64,000 bases of DNA. Source: Utricularia gibba (taxonomy: Eukaryota > Plantae > Magnoliophyta). The stretch's first letter is position 1, and each line of letters starts with the position of its first letter. The position numbers were made by a program, and so were the translations under genes. The notes beneath the pieces are model-generated. The model did not search any database, was not told where the DNA came from, and saw nothing but the letters and a program-made list of their open reading frames with translations. The stretch lies in contig NEEC01000007.1 of assembly GCA_002189035.1 (NCBI GenBank), positions 434,001-498,000 of the forward strand, given 5' to 3'. Positions 1 through 12,310 of this stretch are shown here, piece by piece.

Positions 1-610
1 CGAAACCCTGAGATGTATGCGCGATCTAAAGTTCAGATTCCTCCTTTTCAATAGCACTGCAGATTTGGGTTTTTAAAAAAGGGTTCAAAGATCGATCTTT
101 TTTTATACCCATTACTCTAATCTTGGTGCTTATCCCATAAAGTCGATGAAACGCATTTTTCGAGCTATGGCGTGCAGAAGTGTTGAGATGAAGGCATCGA
201 AGGCAGGCAGCTGGGTGGCATGAAAGGGATATTTTGTGCAGGCATATCAATAAATGTATGCTTGGCATGCAAAGAAAGGATAGAGGGAGGAAGAAGACAA
301 TGGGGTCCAAATCGTATAATGTATGCAGGAAACAAACAGAAGAATGCGATGGGAATGGAAAGTGCTGGCTGGTATTTGTTTTGTTGCAGTTGTACCGGGC
401 GTGGAATGGGGCAAGGCTCTGTAGTTCGTCCCTTGGGCCTATGCATTTGGTGTTTCTGGTGAGAGGGGCTTTTCGAAATAATGGTGGCCTCAGTAGATCC
501 TAAGGAGGGGCACGTGGGCGTCTTGTTCCTTTCAGCGAGCCATCACTGCTAACCCTCTGGATCAAACTCGTGGAATCTAGTGGCTCTGCACAGGGGGATA
601 TTTATATTTT
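1..610 (-). promoter_or_regulatory. Probable promoter and 5' leader of a minus-strand gene lying off the left edge
   Basis: Minus-strand TATA-like TATAAATAT near 600-610, G-box CACGTG near 511, then a pyrimidine-rich leader with several short AUG ORFs; no recognisable CDS inside the window. Confidence 0.3.
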
Positions 611-1511
611 AATCTTCAAAAAGTAGAATATGGGGTTGGTAACTTTTGTTTATGAACCAAAATGCATTTATATTTCATCATAAAATTATTTTTAAGATAG
701 TTTTATGTAAGACCATAGGTGTGAGAGAGAATGTATTTAAATATAACAATTCTGATAATCTTGTATGAGTTATTTTTTTCAAAAGAATAAAATATAAAAT
801 CGTAAAAATTGAATATCTAAAATAGATAATATCATATGTAAGAATAGATTGTTACATTTTTCATAAATTGTAACTATTTCAAATTTAAATAATATTTAAA
901 ACATATTATAGTTATGAAAAAAATGCTATAAAATCAATTTTATAATCATATACGAGATACTGTTATTTAAAAAAAACAAAAATTAAAAATACTTCATATT
1001 TTTAAGAAATTACAGAATCTTAACTTTTATTTTTTATAAATAATTTTGAAAATTAATTTTCAAGAAGTTATGTCAAATCGAACCTTAGCTTATATTTAAC
1101 ATAATCACATGTAACTAAATTGTCGTAAAAACGTAAATCCGGACAGTTACTACTAACTCGAGTTATCTATTTCATTATAAGATATGGTTTCTAATGCGTC
1201 CATTTGTTACCCACAATTACACTAAAGAACAAAGTGGTCTTTTCCGGGAAAAAAAAGGAATTAAATTAAATGTATTAAAAAGTCTGGAATTATTCGTGTC
1301 AATCGCCGAATTTTTTGTAAAATTAAATAGGTGAACGGAAAACGAAATTAGAAAAAGGGGTAATTTATTCTACGTAAAGAACGACGTCGTTTCATAGTCC
1401 GGTATCCAAGGAAATTTGAACTATAAGAACATGCATGTCCAAGGTATATGTTCTTACAACTCACGGCAAAGCAACCACTCCCTCCTCCGCTGCCTCTGGG
1501 AAGAAACTCCG

Positions 1512-3548
1512 ATGGACCGGTCACGGCGAGAACCAGATCAACGTGGAAAACCAAGTCGCCACGCCCGTCGGTATGCGGAAGAAGATGAATTTTCCCCCCG
1601 CCGCGGGGATCCGATGGACGGCGATGATTTCGGCCCTGAAGATTTCAGAGACGTCTTCGGTGGTCCTCCGAGAACGGTTCTGTATCATTATTTCTCCAAC
1701 GGAAATACCAAATCTTCTCCCAGGGGGGTCTTCTACGAGGAGGTTTTCCGGCCGGCGGAGAAGGTAGCGCCGCCAACGGGGGTCCACCGATTTGGGCGGA
1801 GCTTGCCGGAATTCAAGATCCCGGCACCATATCGGAGCCCTGGAAAACGTGAAATCAATAGGTTTTATGATGATATCTTTGGTTGGGAAGGCGGGTGTGA
1901 GACTTTGGTGAGATCAAGATCGAGATCTATGGAAAACTCTGAGGCTTTGCTCAGTCCCGACGGCCACAGTCCTCCCCGTGTTTACGACGGCGCTGACGAC
2001 GACGGCGACATTGTTTTCCGTTTCGCCTCCAAACTCAGGTTATTACTGTTTCTGCTCTCACTGAGTTTAAAGCTTTCCCCTTTTGCCTCTCTGTCTTGGG
2101 TACTTGTGTCTGTAGCTGGATCCTTGACACGATGTCTCTAAAGGGTGATTTGATCGATTTTCAGGCCAATAAACGTCAAATCCAGAAGGGTCGACTTTGG
2201 GACAGAGGATCACAAAATCCGTCCCGACCCAACGCCACCCATCACCGGAAAAAGGTCGATTTCCGGCGAAGAAAAGGAGTGCATAGACAACATGAAAAGC
2301 TACCTTTTTGGAATGCGGTGGAGAAACAAATCGATGGACACGATTTCCATTGATCCGACATCGAACTGCAGCTTAAGAGCTATGGCAGATGATTTAGAAG
2401 AAGAGCACTCCCCATCTTCAGGGGTTTCCTCTGTTTATCACTCGGCTGAGAAAGACTGCAGTGTTCATGTAGTAATGGAGGATAAGATCCTGCATCCAAC
2501 GGATGAAGATCCCGATGACGACGACGACGACGACGATGTCCTATCCTCTTACATCATCGAGATCAACTCCGACATCAAAGAGGAATCCTGCGAATCCAAC
2601 GGCGTCGACGAGGCGATCGCTTGGGCAAAGGAGAAGTTTCAGACAGGATCGCCACAAGCTCAAAAAGAATCTCCAAGTGAGACACCATTACCAACAACAC
2701 CGTAACTTTCCCATAAATTCTTGCTGTTCTGATCCGATCAATGTCTTTTTCCGAAGCTGCAGAAGATGTGAAGGAGTACCAAGTCTCTGAAGTAGCCTCA
2801 GAGAGTTTGGGATCATGGGTAAGAAGCACTTGAAGCTTTCTTTTAAGTGCCATCTTCTCAGGCAGTGAGGACACCGCATTGACCAAAACTGATCTCTGCA
2901 GGAAGAACCAGTTGATGAAAAGCAGGTTGCTCACGAGGAAGCCGATGAATTCGACACCCTGGTGCGCCTAAAATCCTTAACTGATCACCATACTTGTTCA
3001 GCTAAAAGAGTACTAAACTCATCCAACTTTCCCAACACAGGGCCAGTTCGAGATGCGAATGCTTGATGAAAAGATAAGCCTATGGTCCGATGGCAAGGAA
3101 ACCGACATCCGACTGCTACTATGCTCTCTGCATCTCGTGAGTAATCAAGACAAGTGTGCTCTTTTTTGAAGCTCAAATCAAGCTCATACTTTACAATTCA
3201 TTCTTATTAGATTCTATGGCCCAAGAGCGGCTGGCAGCCCGTGCCACTGGGCAACATAATCGAAATACCGAAGGTGAAGAAAGCCTTCCAACGGGCACGG
3301 CTCTGCCTGCACCCCGACAAGCTACAGCAGAGAGGGGCAACCCTTCCTCAGAAGTACTTGGCTGAAAAGGCCTTCGCCATTCTACAGGTTTAGTTGCTTG
3401 ATTATTCTAGCTTCTTCTTCTTCTTCTTCTTCTTTTTTTCTTGTTCAAGTCACAGACAGGAGCAATGTGGGTGTTGGGTCGCTGTAAGAATGTGGTGTGT
3501 GATGTGCAGGACGCTTGGTCTGCGTTCAGCCTTCGGGGAATCTCATGA
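1512..3548 (+). CDS. Auxilin-like / JAC1-family C-terminal J-domain (DnaJ) protein, 7 coding exons
   Basis: N-terminal DFRDVFGGPPR, SSYIIEINSD and DEAIAWAKEKF motifs; C-terminal W-x-x-GKETDIRLLL...VKKAFQRARLCLHPDKLQQRG J domain with HPD; GT-AG joins keep frame (donors 2039, 2677, 2819; last exon 3510-3548 DAWSAFSLRGIS*). Confidence 0.9.
3411..3434 (+). repeat. (CTT)8 microsatellite in last intron of J-domain gene
   Basis: Read directly from the sequence. Confidence 0.95.
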
Positions 3549-3843
3549 CAAACAAACGTTACAAGGAAAGGACAGGAGCGATGGGCTGTGTCTGTAGAAA
3601 TCATCATATCGCAATAATTGAATCCCTTAGATAGTGATTCATCGAACATGTGCTCTTACCCCACAGTCCTTCTTGTTCACCTCCTGATTACATGAGAAAC
3701 ACATGTAAGACGAGAGGATCGAAGAGTATGGGAAAGAGCCAGTTCACCGGAGTGCTTGAGTAATGTGAAGTATATACAAAAAGTGATCCTTGTTCTGCTA
3801 TGCTTTCCCCAGTTGCTTCTTTGCTTGTAAAAACAGAGCAGTA

Positions 3844-3861
3844 ACACACACACACACACAC
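3844..3861 (+). repeat. (AC)9 microsatellite
   Basis: Read directly from the sequence. Confidence 0.95.
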
Positions 3862-4204
3862 TATCCTCCTTCGCCGGGTACATTTTTGTTCTCTGGTTTT
3901 CTTCTTCTTTTTCTTGAAGAAAAAACCGCCTCGGACAACTTCGACTCTGAAAATCACATCTGTGATGAAGAATGATAAAAACACACCTCAAAATGGGAGA
4001 CCTCTGTGGGGCCCACATTCCTCGACACTCTTGATGACTCTCTGTGCTGTCTCAAAGAAAAGAAAATTAAAAAAAAAAAAACAATCAAAATGACGATAAG
4101 GAAAGCAGCTTTTTTTTAATAAAAACCTGTAGTGCATCACAGGGTGTTTTTATCATGTAGAATTTATTTATTGTAGAGGGACCGGAATGCAAATCACATC
4201 CGGT

Positions 4205-4390
4205 TCAATTATGGAAGACCGGTTTACGGTGACCGTGAATAGGATGTGGTTCATCTTCGCCCTTTGAAATAGTTAGCCACCATCTTACCGTTCTTCTGGC
4301 ATTCCAGACATTGTCTTTCAAACCAGCATGAAGGTAACTGTAGAACTGTACAGCAAACACAAAGAAAATTGTAAGATGGAGTAACTTCAA
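4205..4390 (-). other. Candidate small secreted peptide ORF (GOLVEN/RGF/CLEL-like C-terminus), no in-frame AUG
   Basis: Hydrophobic signal-like N-terminus LKLLHLTIFFVFAVQFYSYLHA; ends HRKPVFHN*, resembling the xxxHRKPPIHN type of RGF/GLV end; begins at TTG and lacks the DY motif. Confidence 0.3.
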
Positions 4391-7300
4391 AGATCTGCAT
4401 AAGTGTCATGGCAAGTGTACTTGGGAAGTTTTTTTCTCTTAGAGCTTCCTCTGATTCAAGGAAAGGTAATGCATCAGCAACTCGGAAGATTAAATGAAGA
4501 AGATGAGCATAGGGGTGATTTTGAAAAATACAAAGATTATATGAGAAAATTATCTATTATGTGTGTAATTTTTTATATTTAATGTGTGAAAGAGAAATCG
4601 AAAATAAATACTTTTATAAACCATCTAGAATTAGTCACCTTATAGTTGCTCGATCTTCAGTATGATATACTTAACTGGAGATTTAGAAGTAAATCTTCTC
4701 AAAAGTCCCTGGAATCATTGTTTTCCATGATTGAAAAAACTGGTATTTCAATGAAGGTTAAGACCAGGACCATGCACCATTTGCTTTTCAAATAGGAAAC
4801 TGAGGTTGAGACCTTGTGAAGTAGAGGTGTGGCTTGATTACTAAAGATATATTTTTTTTGTTGAGAAGAACTTAATTAAAATTTAAGAGCTAATGAAGAT
4901 GGATTAAAAAATAATATTTTCGTTAATCATCTATTTAATGGTTACCATGGTTTGATTCTCAACTTGAGTTAAGGTTACCATGGTTTATGAAACGTGTGGT
5001 GATTGGCATGCACTGGATCCCTGCCCAGTTCTCCGAGGGCATATGCTGGGCCTGAATACGGACTTTTAATGGGCCGGTTTACGGATTGGTCGGCCCATTT
5101 CACACCTAGTTAATTATATGATTTTCTCAATTATCTTTTAACTCGAGGCATCGAAAATCAAAATATAAATGTAATTTTTATTTGATAATATCCTTTTTTT
5201 TTTAAAAAAAGGAAAATAGTATCGAACTTTTCGGCGGTTTAAAAACGTGTAGACCCGCATGCCGCCAAGGAATGAAAAGTGCAACAAGAATGGTCGTGAT
5301 CGAGGAGAGGGACACGTGCCTTTCCATCTTGAAATTCCAAAAATACCCCCGTATGGTCCCCCCTCCCCTCAAAAAGCAGCCAGATTCTTGTTCCAGTTAT
5401 TATTCCGAATATAAAATATTTTAATTAAGGCGTTGCTGATATTTGAGGAGTCAGCGAGGTGTGGATGGAGCATTGAAGAAGAAGATGCCCCCCCTTTTTT
5501 AGATGGTGAGATTTGTTTGGGACTTGGCCATTGTGTCGCCCCAATTGGTCAGAATCACCAAGTGTACGGTCCATCCAAATCAAGCATCACACCACACCAC
5601 ACAGTGCGCCTCTTTTAGGTGCTTTACACATTTATGCCCTCAAAAGCTCCTAAATTTAAACCTCCATTGGGTATTAAATCACTCCCCATGTTCATCACAT
5701 GGTGCAAAGGACAATTGTACCCTTTCATGTGTGCGTTCAATAGTGGCTGCCTGGCCCCAGCAACACCCAGGGTAATGATGTCATTTGAAAACTTCTTAAC
5801 ACGCGGTGGGCCCCTACCCTCCCCACCACTTTTCTTCTTCTACTTCTTCTTTCTTTCTGTGTGTATATATTATGTTACGTGTCCAGCTTTTTCAGGGTTT
5901 TAGTCCATGTCGATGACGTTGGCTAAACTAACTTTTACATCAAGAATAAGATAATACTTTATTTAATTAATATTTATAACTGAGGTATGATATTCTTTTT
6001 ATAATTCATATTGAACATTTAGTTTATTTTGACATGGGTATGGTATGTGCATGATGGTCATATTTAATGTGAAAAGTGGGATGTGCGGAATGGAGGAGAC
6101 GGCGTGGGGATGGATGGGATGATGGATGATTCATCATCCATGGAGAATGAATTCCTCATGCGATGGATGGGGACAAGCATGCACATGCGGTCCAATGCGA
6201 CCGGCCTTCCCACTTCGCCCAGCCCACTGTTCCTTTTACGGTTTTTTTAATTAACACTGCCCCCCCGGTGGCCACCTTTTGTGCGGCCTTCAGGTGGACG
6301 GGAATCCTCCCTTTATTCTCCACCCCGCCTCCCAACGGTGCTCGTGGCAGGCCCACAGTATTTCAACAACTCGGAACCCTCCTACCAGCTCTTCCTAACC
6401 GATGTGGGATTAAATTCACCTTTTGCCAATTATAGAATCTCAACCCACGACTAATGTTCCCCCCTTTCAGTTCGCTGTTCTCCGCGTCTCCCTGGTCCAA
6501 TCCAATGACAAAAATAGTAAGAAATAGAGCATAATAAATTTTTGTTTCATATTATGACATAAAAGTTCTATTTAATTTTTCTTTTTGATAAAAAATACTT
6601 TTTTTAGATTTATAAGTTTTTAGAATAGGAATCGTTTATATTTAATATCAAAATTATTTTTGAAGCTCATATTATTTTAAACACATATATGTTTTCAGGG
6701 CCGTCTCCATCACTAGTGATCTTGAATCATTTTCGATAATCCAAAATACTTAGGATATGGATTGGAGTACCAAAGACAAAAATTTGGATCTAAAATCAAC
6801 AACGAAAGGGAAATAAAATTATGAAATAAACGACAAAATTCAAGAACCCGTATTGTAATTTAGTTCCTTGGAAACATCTTCTGATGTGTACTGATTTTTA
6901 ATTTAAAAAAGAATTGGGGTCGTGTCGTGGGGCTAAAATGATATTAGTTTTAATTTTTTTTAGTTTGTATATGAAAATTAGAATTACATTTGAAAATATA
7001 GTAAAATATAAATACGTAGAAGTCAGACATTTTCCTTCGTTTCCAAGCAAATTTTCTGGGGGTTTCTGAGTGTGCAAAGCTGGGGAGGAGGTGAGCTGCC
7101 AAATTCATGTGAAAAATCCCATTTTTGTTCAAACCCGTTTCTTTATTCTGCAGCAAATTTCCTACAACAGGGAAAAAGTAGATGATCTTTCCAAGAACAT
7201 GCTTCCGCTTCCTTCCTTTCTTTCCTTGTTTTGTTGATCTCTGTAATGATTTCATGGAGTTTGGAAGTGGAAAAGAAACTTGCTTGTGAGGTGTGAAAGA

Positions 7301-7952
7301 GGACGACGAAGGTAACTTGTGGCTGCGAGTTCTGGGCCAGCGAAGATTTAATGGCGTAAAACCGTTCTCTCTCTCACCTTCTCACAACCACAAGTCTCGA
7401 TCTCGTTTCTGAAAAGAAATCTACCTAAGTCGTAGCTTCTTCTCCCATCTCAGTCATAAACAACAACAATAACAACAAAAAAGTAGCCCCAGATGAGTTT
7501 TTTGTGTAAAGTTTCGCCTTTGCTTCAGTTGGGTTTCTTGGTTTGCTGCGTGTCCTCGATATGAGATCTGGGTCTTGTTTGATTTTTAATGTTGATTTGA
7601 TTTTATGGTTTTACCTATGATTTTTTGTTTGCAGATCTGGTTGCAGTTGCAGTCTTTGGGGGTTTCTTGTTTTGGAAGCACTGCAAAAAGCTTTCGTTTA
7701 CCCGCCGTTCTGACCTCTTTCTCTGTGACGGGTACTAGACTTTTGTATGTATATTGTATCGACACCTCGCTTGAACATCAGAAGCTTTCACTGTGAATCT
7801 CCATCAATGCGGAGGATGGTCAAGGTGTTGCAGCCGTAGACAGTTTTTTATAGTAGAACCCTAATTTTAGATTTCAGATTTTTCGCCCCTTTTGGGTCGA
7901 GAGGGAGAGTTTAAAGAGGGGGCTCTGGGAAAGGTATGATAAGGGTTATGTT

Positions 7953-9314
7953 ATGGATGTAGATGAGATTCGATGCAAGTTTCGGAGAGGTAACAATGGC
8001 GATGGGAGGTTAGAATCAGGGAGTGAGAAAATGGAGGAGCAGTTTCAGGACGACGAGGAAGAAGGGGAAAGTGAAAGAGGCAGCGGTGCTAAAATCGGGG
8101 GCGGAGGAGGAGTTGATATTACAGCGGCGGTGGGGAGATTTTACGGTTGGCCATCGTCGCGAATCGTTAGGGTTTCACGAGCTTCCGGTGGTAAAGATAG
8201 ACACAGCAAAGTTTTGACATCCAAAGGGCTGAGAGACCGCCGTGTGCGGCTGTCGGTAAACACCGCAATTCAGTTTTATGATTTGCAAGATCGGTTAGGG
8301 TACGACCAGCCGAGCAAGGCGGTGGAGTGGCTGTTGAAGGCGGCTGCGAGTTCCATCTCCGAGCTTCCACCGATTACGAGTCCGTTCCCGGAAACACCGA
8401 ATCAGCTCAGCGATGAGAAGAGATCGAGTACCGGTGGTAGCGATCAGCTCGTGTTTGACTCTGCGGATGCAGAAATGGACGGCGGCTGTGGCGGCGGAGA
8501 TCCGAGCTTCGGTCAACAGTTCGCAACGAAGTCTTCGGCGTGTAGCAGCGCCTCTGAAGCCAGTAAGGGTTCTGGGCTTTCGTTATCCAGATCTGAGAGC
8601 AGGATTAAAGCTCGAGAAAGAGCAAAAGAGAGAGTTGCAGAGAAGGAGAAGGAAAAGGAGAACGCTTCCATGAACAACAACAACCCTATTTCTCAAACAA
8701 CTTCTTTCACGGAGCTTCTCAATGGAGGAGGGGGAGCAATGCACAACAATGGCTCCAGTCCGAGTAATAGCTCCGTTCTCGAGAACCCCAGCTCCGGCGC
8801 CACTGGCGGCGGTACGGGAACTGATTCAAGTTTCTTCCTGAAATCCTCGAGGCAGTGGGATTACTTGTGTTCCGGGATGCTAACTCCGACGCCGTCAGGT
8901 CGCGGCGGAGAAATGCAAAGCCATTTTAATTCTCCGATGTTCGGTTTAGCGGCGGGGGACCACCAATCGGAGCTGCAACAATTTTCGTTTGTACCTGACC
9001 ACTTAGTACAAGTGGTGAATGGTTCAAATATCAATGCAAATCACCACAATGGAAGCAGCAACGAATATAATAATCTGAGTTTCTCAATCTCATCTTCTGC
9101 TAATTCTTCAGGCCTTGCTGGATTCAACAGGGGGACCCTTCAGTCCAATTCTTCTTCGCCCTCATTGATGCCTCATATGCAGAGGTTTTCCGACGGTTCT
9201 CCGGCGAGTTTCTTCTCCGGGGTGGATAACCATCACCAGTTTCTAGCCAGATACGACGCGGGTAATAACTACGGCAGCCGGCAATCTGCACACAGAGGAA
9301 AAGGAAAGAACTGA
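7953..9314 (+). CDS. TCP2: CIN-class TCP transcription factor, TCP2/TCP24-like, intronless CDS (453 aa)
   Basis: [34 protein letters not shown]...[23 protein letters not shown] domain; R domain [13 protein letters not shown]; miR319 site; probable 5' UTR intron 7313-7634. Confidence 0.95.
   Translation: MDVDEIRCKFRRGNNGDGRLESGSEKMEEQFQDDEEEGESERGSGAKIGGGGGVDITAAVGRFYGWPSSRIVRVSRASGGKDRHSKVLTSKGLRDRRVRLSVNTAIQFYDLQDRLGYDQPSKAVEWLLKAAASSISELPPITSPFPETPNQLSDEKRSSTGGSDQLVFDSADAEMDGGCGGGDPSFGQQFATKSSACSSASEASKGSGLSLSRSESRIKARERAKERVAEKEKEKENASMNNNNPISQTTSFTELLNGGGGAMHNNGSSPSNSSVLENPSSGATGGGTGTDSSFFLKSSRQWDYLCSGMLTPTPSGRGGEMQSHFNSPMFGLAAGDHQSELQQFSFVPDHLVQVVNGSNINANHHNGSSNEYNNLSFSISSSANSSGLAGFNRGTLQSNSSSPSLMPHMQRFSDGSPASFFSGVDNHHQFLARYDAGNNYGSRQSAHRGKGKN
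9129..9148 (+). promoter_or_regulatory. miR319 (JAW) target site in the TCP CDS
   Basis: AGGGGGACCCTTCAGTCCAA, complementary to miR319 UUGGACUGAAGGGAGCUCCCU; encodes the conserved RGTLQS peptide. Confidence 0.95.
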
Positions 9315-11155
9315 TGAATACTCTTACTGTCAAACTTCCTCAATGGGTAAGTTTTATCTCTTCAAAAATCTTGTCTTTGAAAGTTGATTTTCATTTTATT
9401 ACACTCTTACTGTCAAACTGTCCAATCATGTTCATTCCCCACCTGGAATTTATGGGTTTTTTTCTGGTCTCTCTTTTCCGCCATTGATGGACCTGGAACT
9501 CTCTCTGGATTTGACAAATCACATCCATTAGTACAAGTTTCCCCATTTTTATCGGTATCATCAAATCAGGACAATATCACTACAGTATTTTCAATGAAAC
9601 CCTTTTCCTCGTGTCTGTTATGGGGACCCTGGATCCCTTCCTGAAGAAGATCCCTACCTTGAGATCCTTTTCGGTCCACTTTTCTCTATCGTATTTAATT
9701 TTACTATCACAAACTCTTGTCAATTCCGTGTTCCAAGAAACCCTTTGTCTCACTCTCCCCAAATCACTATTTTGTTATAACAGAATAAATCACCAAAAAA
9801 AATTTTTAACCTCAGACAAGCTTACTTGAGCTCATCTTCTTCCTATTTCATTACTTTATTTCATTGCTTTGCAATTAGTGGAATTCATAATGTTCTATAG
9901 ACATTTGAAACTCTTTCTCTTTTTAGTCAAATCCAAACAGTATTCTTCCTTTTTTTACGTGACATAAAAAAAAGTGTCTTTGAATAGTAAAATCCGTGGA
10001 GAAGGAGAAAAACAGGTGGTTGTCAGCAGTAGTTTTATGAGACTCGTGTGTGCCCATTTGATGCGTCTGTTTCTTTGCCTTTTCTCTTTTCAATAGTTGG
10101 TGTAGATATCCTCAGTAAATGATGCATTTCAAAGGGTTCTGTTCTGATGAAAATGGCGCTGTAAAACCATTGCTCCCGGAAACAAGTGTGACGTGCCAAG
10201 TGTTGGTGCAGGTGGCCGTTGTGTGAGGCTGCGCTCATTGAAGGGAGACCAGACCATCTTTTAGTGTATTGTGCAGCAGCTGGTGTTTGGGTATGTAACT
10301 CTTTTGTAGTATGTAATAAAACTCAGTGTGTTGTTGATGCTCTTTCTTTGCCGTTTTGGAAACAAAAGTGCGCCTTCTTTCCTTCTGTGATTTTTATAGA
10401 ATCCTCTCGTGTTATTCATTTATGGCTTCTTGCAGTTGCTTTGCTTCACGGTGAATCTTTTTTTGATGCATCTGCTGTAATTTTGCCTGTATGCTTGTGA
10501 TAAACAAGAAGCTCACTACAACCAAACGGCAGTTTATTGTATGTGGGGTACACATACTTGTGAATAACCTTCTTGTAAGGGGCACCAAGCACCACCACCA
10601 CCACACAAAAGACAAGTACAAAAGTGTTGGATTCTATTCACAGGGAGGCAGCTACACAGCAGCAACTCACCGTGTCCATGGGGTTCACCTTCACCAAACC
10701 CGCAGTTGCAACTCTGTTTTCGGCCATGGAATTCACTGCCATCAAACACGAGCCATAGTTTAGAAATGTAGAGAAAACAAGCACAGAGAAGGAGAAACTT
10801 CCCATGTATGCGATCCCCTATCACAAGGAGGCCGTGGGAATGAGAAACTACTACTAAATGATATCCATCTCAGCTCTAAGATATAATTTGAAGTAAACAT
10901 GGCAGTGAAGTTCACTGGCTTTACCAAAAAAAAGATGTATTTTTGTACCAGGGGATCTGGCTGCATTACCCTCAAACACAAATGGTACCAGCCAAGAATC
11001 AAAGAACACAGAATCAGAGTATACGTCACAGGGTCAAATGGGTGGTATATGCTGATGATATCACAACTCTGGTAATCAGTCGAAATCTGGATAAATATAG
11101 GATAATAACTTGAGTGGCTCAAACACATTGAAATGCTTATATAGAAAACCAACCT

Positions 11156-12310
11156 TTAGAAAGAGTTCATCTCTAGGCAATACGTCCTCCTCTTTACCAG
11201 CATTCGAGCAGCAGTTTCAAACGGCTCCTCGAAGGATGAAGCGATCCAATTCACTTCTGAACCCACCAACTCCTTCTTAGGCTGATCACTTGGCCTGACT
11301 GCAACCAAGGTCGCCCCTTTTAAAATCAACCCGTTAGGCAATTCCAGATGCTGTGCATACCACAGCCGCATGTTCAGAGCAGGAACGAGGGTCCTCTTTG
11401 AGGCTGATGACGCAGACAGAGGTTTTACTCTCAGCTCCTCCAATTGCTCCTTGTTCATGGACAACACTCCCTGACCATCTACATCGGTCAAAACCAAGCT
11501 CTCCATTGTCTTGTGCTCTTCTATGATCGGCTGAAGCAGATAATGCCTCGCAGAAGCTGCTATCAATGAGCTGATAGTCCACACAACCCGCAACTTCAGA
11601 CCTCCGTTAGTGTAAAACGACTCTGGGATGCTCCCGTTGTCGGTTTCCCCTGCAGTAGTATTACTGTGGAGATTATCATTGCTTCCAGAACTACCAGGGG
11701 ATTCGCAGTTCCTATTGGTACTGTGAGCAATACTTGATGCACCAAGAATTGCACAACTATCAAGCGTTGATCCAAAATTAGCCTTCCACTTAAGCAGAAC
11801 CCCTTCATCAAGCCCTAATTCCCCTCCTGGAAGTTCGATCCTCAAGAACCTGATTTCATTAAAATTTTTCAAGACCTGTGTAGGCGAATGGTGGGTCACG
11901 CTGGTCTGCTCTGAATCGCCATCAAGATCTTCAGATAGACTCAAACGACGATGCGAAGGTGCTATAAGCTGAGAAAGCGATTGCAACGGCTTAAAGAAAA
12001 CAGAAAAAATCCGAAAAAGAGCGGAAATTGGGCAACGGGGTTTGTGAACAACGGCTAAAGCAGCAGCCGCCGATGAAGATGCACCTGAAGGCCCATCATC
12101 GGAGATGACACAGTCCACACGCACTATAACGTTATCCACCTGCGGCACAAGAGAGTGGAATCTCTTGGAAACCACACAGCACTTACCCAAGTCCTTAACA
12201 TCGCCGATTTTATTGAAGATCAAGAGTATCAACGAATCAGGAAGCCGATCGATGTGGTCAATCGGCTCCGGACGCACTTTTCCTCCCAGATCTGGCAGCA
12301 TCGAACCCAT
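11156..12310 (-). CDS. F-box protein, plant family with C-terminal RRTYCLEMNSF, intronless CDS
   Basis: F-box IDRLPDSLILLIFNKIGDVKDLGKCCVVSKRF; family motifs VTHHSPTQVL, GGLKLRVVWTISSLIAASARHY, KRRTYCLEMNSF; likely start MGSMLPD at 12310. Confidence 0.92.
   Translation of the reverse strand: MGSMLPDLGGKVRPEPIDHIDRLPDSLILLIFNKIGDVKDLGKCCVVSKRFHSLVPQVDNVIVRVDCVISDDGPSGASSSAAAALAVVHKPRCPISALFRIFSVFFKPLQSLSQLIAPSHRRLSLSEDLDGDSEQTSVTHHSPTQVLKNFNEIRFLRIELPGGELGLDEGVLLKWKANFGSTLDSCAILGASSIAHSTNRNCESPGSSGSNDNLHSNTTAGETDNGSIPESFYTNGGLKLRVVWTISSLIAASARHYLLQPIIEEHKTMESLVLTDVDGQGVLSMNKEQLEELRVKPLSASSASKRTLVPALNMRLWYAQHLELPNGLILKGATLVAVRPSDQPKKELVGSEVNWIASSFEEPFETAARMLVKRRTYCLEMNSF

Noticed and set aside
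230-275. Possible miRNA hairpin near the left end
   Set aside because: Only a short GCATA/TATGC stem; no match to conserved miRNAs I can recall.
2677-2762. Apparent frame problem at the J-domain exon 2/3 junction
   Set aside because: Resolved by the GTGAGA donor at 2677; no frameshift needed.
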